Assembly: GCA_964016885.1 (NCBI GenBank)
Contig: OZ024755.1
Location: forward strand, 2,294,001 to 2,358,000
DNA length: 64,000 nucleotides
Reading direction: 5' to 3'
Origin: Eledone cirrhosa
Taxonomy: Eukaryota
The translations under genes were made by a program, and so were the position numbers. Position 1 is the stretch's first letter, and each line of letters opens with the position of its first letter. Below are positions 55,084 to 64,000 of this stretch, one piece after another. The notes beneath the pieces are model-generated. The model had not been told where the DNA came from. It saw only the letters and a list, made by a program, of their open reading frames with translations, and searched no databases.

Positions 55084-55859
55084 TACTCTCCCTCATACTC
55101 TCTCTCTCTCTCTCCCTCATACTCTCTCTCCCTCTCCCTCCCTCCCTCCCTCACTCTCCCCCTCTCTCACTCCCCCTCTCACTCCCTCTCTCACTCTCCC
55201 TCCCTCACTCCCTCACTCTCACTCCCTCCCTTTCACTCACTCCCTTTCACTCACTCCCTCCCTCCCTCCCTCCCTCCCTCCCTCCCTGCCTCTCACTCCC
55301 TCCCTCCCTCCCACTCACTCCCTCCCTCCCTCTCACTCACTCCCTCTCCCTCCCTCTCACTCACTCCCTCTCCCTCCCTCCCTCTCACTCCCTCTCACTC
55401 ACTCCCTCTCCCTCCCTCCCTCTCACTCCCTCTCACTCCCTCCCTCCCTCCCTCTCACTCCCTCCCTCCCTCCCTCCCTCCCACTCACTCACTCCCTCAC
55501 TCTCCCTCACTCCCTCACTCTCTCCCTCACTCTCCCTCACTCCCTCTCCCTCTCCCTCACTCTCCCTCACTCCCTCTCCCTCACTCCCTCTCCCTCACTC
55601 CCTCTCACTCCCTCTCCCTCCCTCTCCCTCCCTCTCACTCCCTCTCACTCCCTCTCCCTCCCTCTCCCTCCCTCTCCCTCCCTCTCACTCCCTCTCCCTC
55701 CCTCTCACTCCCTCTCACTCTCTCTCACTCTCTCTCACTCTCTCTCACTCTCTCTCACTCTCTCTCACTCTCTCTCTCTCTCTCTCTCTCTCCTGTTCAT
55801 CATCACATCACACGTGTACATTTTATATTTGTATTTATCTGACTGAATACGCACGTGTT

Positions 55860-56024
55860 TTTTGTTTGTTTTTTTCCCCGTTCCTTTCTCTTCTCATTCT
55901 ATCTTCTGATGAAGAACTATTGTCCGAAACGTTAAAACTGTTTTCCAATTATTTCAAGCGTTAAACTAATATATTTCTTCATTGTACTGTGGTGACGTTT
56001 GCCTTTGTTATTTCTGTTTACTTG

Positions 56025-56030
<6 letters not shown>
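55860..56030 (+). mobile_element. Family C copy with near-intact hammerhead
   Basis: TCTT-CTGATGA-A-GAAC-TATT-GTCC-GAAA-CGTT-AAAA at 55902-55937, with one mismatch in stem II. Shared 3' block followed by (TACA)n. Confidence 0.7.
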
Positions 56031-56057
<27 letters not shown>

Positions 56058-56357
56058 ATGGACTGAGGCACCTGCTTGGAACCACACGCGCACATAGGGT
56101 TTTTACGATATTCTTTATTGCTTTTTATCTTTTGGCGTTATATTTACTATGGGTCTTTGAAACTACAAGTAATGCTATTGTGAGTCAAGTTATACAAATA
56201 TATCTGTATTTGTGTGTGTGTGTATGTATGTATGTATGTATGTGTGTCGAGAGAGAGAGAGAGAGAGAGTTGAGCGAGATAAAAATAATTGAAGGTTAAA
56301 TATATATTGAAGAAATATATTCGTATGTATTATTAAATCAAAGAACAACATATGACC

Positions 56358-56506
<149 letters not shown>

Positions 56507-57759
56507 ACGTGCAATCACACGACCATATACAGACACACACACACAGACACACACACACACACACACGTGCAATCACACAACCATATACAGACACACACAG
56601 ACACAAACAGACATTCCATCACACCATCACAGACATGTACAGGCACAGTCATTCCATCATAGACACACCATCGCAGACACACTCACACACAGACACACCA
56701 TTACATACATACACAGACACACCATTACAGACATACACAGACATACACACACACACAGACCATCACAGACATACACAGACACATACAGACATATCACAGA
56801 TACACACAGACATATAAAGACACACACAGACGAACACATACACACACACACATACACACAACCCTCCTCCACTCACACGTGTCACCACACGATATGTAAA
56901 CGTTTATTCACCTTATTGACATTGCTCTCAAGTCGTTGTTTTCATTTTTGGAGGTTTTTGCTATTTGGGAATTATTTACCGCCTTCTCTGTTGTACTGAA
57001 TGACACGGATGTATTTATTGCTGTCCCTATATAGTCACACACACTACACTGCACTACACTACACTACACTACACTGCACTACACTACACTACACTACACT
57101 ACACTGCACTACACTACACTATACACTACACGACACTATGCACTGCACTACACTGCACTACACGCCACGCCACACTAAACTACACACTACACACTACACT
57201 ACACTACACACCGCACTACACTACACTACACTACACTACACACCGCACTAAACTACACACTACACACCACACCACACCACACTACACTACACTACACGCC
57301 ACACCGCACTAAACTACACACACCACACGCCACACCGCACTAAACTACACACACCACACCACACGCCACACTACACTACACTACACGCTACACACTACAC
57401 TACACACTACACACTACCCCACACTACACTACACCACACTACACCACACTACACCACACTACACTACACCACACTACACCACACTACACCACACCACATC
57501 ACATCACATCACATCTCGCCACACCTGTGTATGTAAGACCTTAACTAAGTTAACTTTACTTTCAAAGTCCACCTCCCCAGCAATGACCCTGCAGTCCTGT
57601 CTTTTTTTATGGTTTCTATAAAAAAATTGTTTTTCGTGTTTGTTGTTTTCTCTTCCCATGTTTATTTTCTAAAGTTTACACACACGCACACGCACACGCA
57701 CACGCGCACGCACACGCGCACACGCACACACGCACACGCACACACGCACACACACCAGT

Positions 57760-57940
57760 TTATTCCGCGTTCAATCGGGTGTAACCACAGTGAGTAAGGT
57801 ACTCAATACAAAGCAGAGTATAAATATTTAATATAGAAAAGGCTTCTACAGAATGAAACAGTTCTAGTCCTGTAGAAGCCTTTTCTATATTAAATATTTA
57901 TACTCTGCTTTGTATTGAGTACCTTACAGTTCTAGTCCTA
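57760..57940. mobile_element. Family B fold-back: perfect 58-bp inverted repeat with 18-nt loop
   Basis: Arms 57794-57851 and 57870-57927; loop aatgaaacagttctagtc. Confidence 0.75.
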
Positions 57941-57979
57941 GTCCTTTACCACGAAAATACAATAGTATATATAGAGTAA

Positions 57980-58161
57980 TTGTTTCTACTTTAGGCACAA
58001 GGCCAGCAATTACTCAGTGCATTACTGGTACTTTATTTTATCGACCCCGTAAGGATGAAAGGCAAAGTCAACCTCAGCGGGATTTGAACTCAGATCGTAA
58101 AGGGACGTAACTATGCGTCAAAGCATGGCATCCGACCCTCTACCGATACTGCCAATCCACC
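57980..58161 (-). mobile_element. Main-family SINE, full length
   Basis: Reverse complement of the 54087-type copy. Confidence 0.8.
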
Positions 58162-58859
58162 ATAGAGTAATGTAAATGTTTAAGGGTTAAAGAGATATAA
58201 GCGATTAAACGGTAAATTTATTGATATAAAGAATAGTGCTCATGCGCAGAGATACTATAAATTAGCTTATGAAATATAGGGTGAAGAAGACCCTTAAAGA
58301 CGAAAAATGAAGTTGCCATCGGCCGATTTCCTACTCAACATCATTTTATCACTGTAATTAATTTACTGGCTCAGTGTTGGCCTGTCTTTGTATGAATAGA
58401 CTATGTGTCACCCTATTTAATGATTATGGGGAAAAAGATTGTTAATTAATCGAAAATGTATTTTCAGCCAAAAGAAAGAAAATAAAAAGCTGGCGATAAT
58501 TATTGCCCGCATTCAAAGAAAGAAGGGAGATAATTTTAAGAAATTAAGAATTAATTTCATAAAATTAATTTACATGAACTTTCTGATAATTGTTATTGTG
58601 GTGTTGATACGTATGAGACACCTTATGTGTAAATAAAGACACACTGGTAAATATGTGTGGGTTGTCTATAGGATATATTTAGACTCTCACTACATACATA
58701 CAGTCGAGCAAACGAAGGCCTCTACATGGTCACTTGACCTGCTAGAAATAACAACCAAATCTCCTTCGAATCAACCCCCATCTCCATATTTTTCTAGAAA
58801 ATTGATGCATTGGATATTTCGATCCTGGGTTCTCCCCACAAAGGAAATGTCGGTATGCT

Positions 58860-59010
58860 GTAGGGCTGTGTGGTTAAGGAGTTCACTTTACAACCATGAT
58901 TCTGAGTTCAATCTCGTTGCACGGCACCTTGGGGAAGTGTCTTTAACTATAGCCCAGGGTTGACCAATGCCCTGTGAGCTGAATTTGATACATGGAAACT
59001 GCAGAGACCC

Positions 59011-59013
<3 letters not shown>
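58860..59013 (+). mobile_element. tRNA-derived CORE-like SINE ending in (TA)n
   Basis: gtggttaaggagttc..gagttcaatc..ggcaccttggggaagtgtc..ggaaactg. Confidence 0.6.
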
Positions 59014-59061
<48 letters not shown>

Positions 59062-59430
59062 TTGTGAGTTACCAGTTTAGACTAGTAAGACCATGTTTAG
59101 CTAAGTACTAAGTACCTGCAGTAGGGGACCCACAAGCGATAGCAATTTATTTGTGCCCACAGCTGGGCTTTTTAGTTTTAGGGTGGTTAGAATGTTTGCA
59201 TTTAATACCTGTATGTATAACTTTTCAATTCCAATTACTTGCACCAAGCTAACTTAGATATGTAAAATTGGTGGGGTTTGCTGTGTATTCTAATTCTGTG
59301 TATATGAGGGACCCTCAAACCTTAAGTGCTCCTCCCCAAGGTCTAAATCCTACACTGTGTGTTTATATTGTAAATAGTTAGTGCCAGACATATCCTCCTT
59401 GGAGTTTGACAAAAAAAATAATAATAATAA

Positions 59431-59750
59431 TTGTTTTTACTTTTAGCACAAGGCCAGCAATTATCCCAGTGTATTACTGGTACTTTATTTTATCGACCTC
59501 GTAAGGATGAAAGGCAAAGTTAACCTCGGCAATAATAATAATAACTGCCAGTATCGGTAGAGCGTCAGACACCGTGCTTTGCAGCATAGAGTTATGGCCC
59601 TTTACGTTCTGAGTTCAAATCCCGCCAAACTTAACTTTGCCTTTCATCCTTACGGGTACAATAAAATAAAGTAGCAGTAATGTACTGGGGTCGATTTAAT
59701 CGACTTTCCTCTTCCCCCAAATTGTTGGCCTTGTGTCTAAATGAGAAACC
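59431..59750. mobile_element. Two head-to-head main-family SINEs
   Basis: Minus copy at 59431-59530 and plus copy at 59546-59750. Confidence 0.75.
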
Positions 59751-59944
59751 AACTATAACATCCCGTTAAAATTAGTAATGGGATCGATGTGATCGATAAA
59801 TTAAGATGATGCTCCAGTATGGTCACAGTCTAATAACTAAAACCAACCAAAGAAATAAATGGAAGAATATATTTGTAACTCACACAAACCATGACACAGA
59901 TCGTATCCACATAACCACTACATACACATACACACACACATACA

Positions 59945-59976
<32 letters not shown>

Positions 59977-60214
59977 CACACACACACACACACACACAGA
60001 CACACGCATATATATGTATATATACATACACATACATACATCAAATATGAAATTTGTAGAAATTTGTTTTTTTTCTAGAAACGTCTACAAATTTCATACT
60101 TGATGACTCAATATATACATATACACACGCACATATATATACACACACATACGCACATATATATATACACACACACATACACATATATATACACACACAT
60201 ACACACATATATAT

Positions 60215-60272
<58 letters not shown>

Positions 60273-61263
60273 TACTAGTCCGCTAACTTCCACCAATGTT
60301 TAAATGTCCTCTTTCTAGAAATTCCATCCCGCTGAACTTTCTTCTTTGTCTTTCATTTCCTCCTCCCCTTCCTCTACCTTCTCCTCTCCCACTACTACCT
60401 CCCCTTCCTCTGCCCACTCCAACCTCCCCTTCCTCTGCCCACTCCTACCTCCCCTTCCTCTGCCCTCTCTCCCACCTGTTGCTTTGCTTTCTTCTTCCCT
60501 CCCTTCCTTCCTCTACCACCTTAAACTTGCTGGAACTCTCTTAACGCCTTTTTCCTTGCGATTATTTAAATTCTCCCCCCCCTCCCCTCACCCCCACCAT
60601 CGAAGAACTATCTCTTCCCTCCCCACCCTAACCCTCACCATCACCCCCACCATCGAAGAACTATCTCTCTCTCCCTCACCCTCACCTCGAAGCACACTCT
60701 CCCTCTCTCCCCTCACCACCACTCCCTCTCCCCCCTCACCACCACCCCCTCTCCCCCCTCACCACCACCCCACTCCCTAAGCTCCCCCCTCTCTTATCCC
60801 CCCCCCCCCTCTGACCTAGAAGAAAGTAGATATCTTGTTACTCTCGTCTCAAACGAGTGTTTACAATATCTAATATTTTACGTTGAAAATGAATGAATTC
60901 CCTGTTTAGGATCTTCGCCGTAAAATGATATTTGAGATAAAGAAGAGCAACAGGCGTCCACTGACATTAGAACCCTTTAAATATATTATTTCCAGCCCAG
61001 TCTTTCTTTTCTATTTTATTCTTTTCTTGTACTTGTCTCAGTCACCAGACTGTGACCATGCTGGGGCACCGCCTTTAACCAATTTAGACCATCCAATATT
61101 GTATATTTTGAAAAAATAAATTAAAACGTCTGGTACTTAGGGATGTAATCAGACAGTAAACCTAACAAACACACACACACACACACACATATAACGAAGG
61201 CAGTGTGAGCTGTACTGATGAAGGGTGATACACAGAAACATTAGTGTCGGTCTTGACTCTTTT

Positions 61264-61306
<43 letters not shown>

Positions 61307-61308
<2 letters not shown>

Positions 61309-61500
61309 CGAAGGAAATGTGGTAAGGAACCAGGTGGACCATAACGCACCAAAGTACTCAATACTTAGGGTAGTAGAGTGGGTAATAGGAACGAGTAGGA
61401 CCCCGACGGCTGAGCTCAAGCCATTTCGACGGCTAATTCTGAGTCCAGAATTAGCCGTCGAAACGGCTTGAGCTCAGCCGTCGGGGTCCTAGTCGTTCCT
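61307..61500. mobile_element. Family A fold-back copy
   Basis: Near-identical to 40456-40648. Centre aattctg-agtc-cagaatt; (TA)n on both sides. Confidence 0.75.
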
Positions 61501-61587
61501 ATATATATATATATATATATATATGTAAAGTGAAAACTTGGACGGGAACAAAAACAGAGAGGCAGTACAAATAAAATATAGATATAT

Positions 61588-61810
61588 AACAAAGGAAGTG
61601 TGTTAAAAACCAGGTGGACCATAACGCACCAGAGGACTCGATACTTGGGGTAGTAGAGTGGGTAACGGTCGGAGCTCAGCCGTCGGGGTCCTGCCTCTCT
61701 TTCTCTCTCTTTCTCTCTCTTTCTCTCTCTCTCTCTCTCTGTATGTGTGTTCGGATCTAGCTGTCGAAACGGCCGGAGCTCAGCCGTCGGAGTCCTGAAT
61801 TTTTTTCCTA
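61588..61810. mobile_element. Rearranged family A pieces separated by (CT)n
   Basis: Minus-arm tail 61588-61667 switches to plus ggagctcagccgtcggggtcc; second plus half at 61751-61810. Confidence 0.6.
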
Positions 61811-61904
61811 TATATATATGTATAGCAAATAGTAAACGGAAAACAAACAAAACAATACAATATAAATATAATTAATAAGTATGGATGAGGTGTCAAATTT
61901 TCAT

Positions 61905-61967
61905 TAATTTTATTCAGGTGTGACGCGCGTTTCGCGAATGATACAGCTCAAGGTTCGATCTCTCATT
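61905..61967 (-). mobile_element. Family E: 3' half of a canonical minimal hammerhead (GAAA-C-GCGC-G-TC) followed by AATAAA
   Basis: Minus strand reads gagatcgaaccttgagctgtatcattcgcGAAACGCGCGTCacacctgAATAAA; homologous copy at ~11995-12075. Confidence 0.55.
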
Positions 61968-62056
61968 GTGTATGTGTGTGTATATATATATACATGCCTG
62001 TGATTTGCACTCACACACTTGGTAAAACCGTTTTTTTTTCTACAAAGATGTGAACG

Positions 62057-62104
<48 letters not shown>

Positions 62105-62229
62105 GTTATAGTCTGATCCACACACTCACGTACGCATATACATACACACATTGACGTATTTGTACATTTCATCATATCTTAAATAAACACACCATCTTTC
62201 CACCTCACTATCTAATATACACTATTGCT

Positions 62230-62272
<43 letters not shown>

Positions 62273-62754
62273 CTTCTCACATATACATATCTAGATACAC
62301 ACACATACATCTATCTTCTCACATATACATATCTAGACACACACATCTAGCTTCTCACATATACATACACATACAAATTCAAATAAGATTTTAGATAGGC
62401 TCATTGACACTAGCATTGGACAAGAACACATACATACACACACATACATACACACACATACATACACACACATACATACACTTACACACATTTACATATA
62501 TAAAAATACATATACAAACTCACATTGATACAACTTACTCATTTTCATGAATAAAGTCTCTCTCCCACTGACACACACACACTGACACACTCACATACAC
62601 ACTGACACACACACACACTCTGACAAGCTCACATACACACTGACACACACACACTGACACACACACTGACAAGCTCACACACACAGGTCAGTATTCTACA
62701 TAAATATTCACATGTGTTTACTTTATGCCGTCACCATATGTAATAATTTCCACA

Positions 62755-63212
62755 AACACACTCTCATATATACACACTCTCATATATACACACTCTCATG
62801 TATACACACTCTCATGTATACACACTCTCATGTATACACACTCTCATGTATACACACTCTCATATACACACACTCTCATATATACACACTCTCATGTATA
62901 CACACTCTCATGTATACACACTCTCATATATACACACTCTCATGCATACACTCTCATGTATACACACTCTCATGTATACACACTCTCATGTATACACACT
63001 CTCATATATACACACTCTCATATATACACAGTCTCATATACACACACTCTCATGTATACACACTCTCATGTATACACACTCTCATGTATACACACTCTCA
63101 TATACACACACTCTCATATATACACACTCTCATGTATACACACTCTCATGTGTATATACACACCCTCATGTATATACACACTCTCATGTATACACACTCT
63201 CATGTATACACA
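62755..63212. repeat. 16/18-bp minisatellite
   Basis: tacacactctcatgta variants. Confidence 0.85.
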
Positions 63213-63507
63213 CAGCCCCCCCCCCCCCCCCCAAGAGTACTTTTACAAGGCGGTACAAGACCCTTTTTGGGGCCCCGAAGTAGGTAAAGATTTTTCTCAA
63301 AATGGCTATACACACGTTATCACACCTGTGATATATAGAGGATACACACACACACGTTATCACACCTACTGTGATATATAGAGGATACACACACACGTTA
63401 TCACACCTACTGTGATATATAGAGGCCTTCACACGCAGATAAGTAGCCGCAGACTGATACCTTAACACACACACACATACATACATATATACATACATAC
63501 ATACATA

Positions 63508-64000
63508 CATACTAACAAGTATATACACACATACATACTAACAAGTGTATATACACACATACTAACAAGTGTATATACACACACACATACTAACAAGTGT
63601 ATATACACACAAATATACAAACATACATACTAACAAGTGTATATACAAACATACATACTAACAAGTGTATATACACACAAACATACTAACAAGTGTATAT
63701 ACACACAAACATACTAACAAGTGTATATACACACAAACATACTAACAAGTGTATATACACACAAACATACTAACAAGTGTATATACACACAAACATACTA
63801 ACAAGTGTATACACACAAACATACTAACAAGTGTATACACACAAACATACTAACAAGTGTATATACACACAAACATACTAACAAGTGTATATACACACAA
63901 ACATACTAACAAGTGTATATACACACACACATACTAACAAGTGTATATACACACAAATATACAAACATACATACTAACAAGTGTATATACAAACATACAT
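63508..64000. repeat. ~28-bp minisatellite running off the window
   Basis: catactaacaagtgtatatacacacaaa. Confidence 0.85.

Overview
Eukaryotic, microsatellite-saturated, intronic/intergenic-looking DNA. The SINE repertoire and repeat landscape resemble an octopod cephalopod; this is inference from memory, not a search. No host gene exon could be supported, and nearly all ORFs in the track are translations of simple repeats. The only intact coding unit is a full-length L1/Tx1-clade non-LTR retrotransposon (~17107-22810). It has ORF1 with a CCHC knuckle and ORF2 with APE endonuclease, RT and CCHC. It has (TATC)n on both sides, no poly(A), a 3'-end stub of a sister copy just upstream, no AUG at the ORF2 start, and a probable 3'UTR pseudoknot. 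The second theme is several distinct short, non-coding families carrying hammerhead-ribozyme core motifs of the Penelope-like type. One copy (45062-45097, minus) has a complete minimal hammerhead. Many others are fold-back palindromes that turn around in or beside the ribozyme and end in (TA)n/(CA)n tracts. The rest is tRNA-derived SINEs, RTE/CRE/Penelope relics, MITEs and minisatellites.
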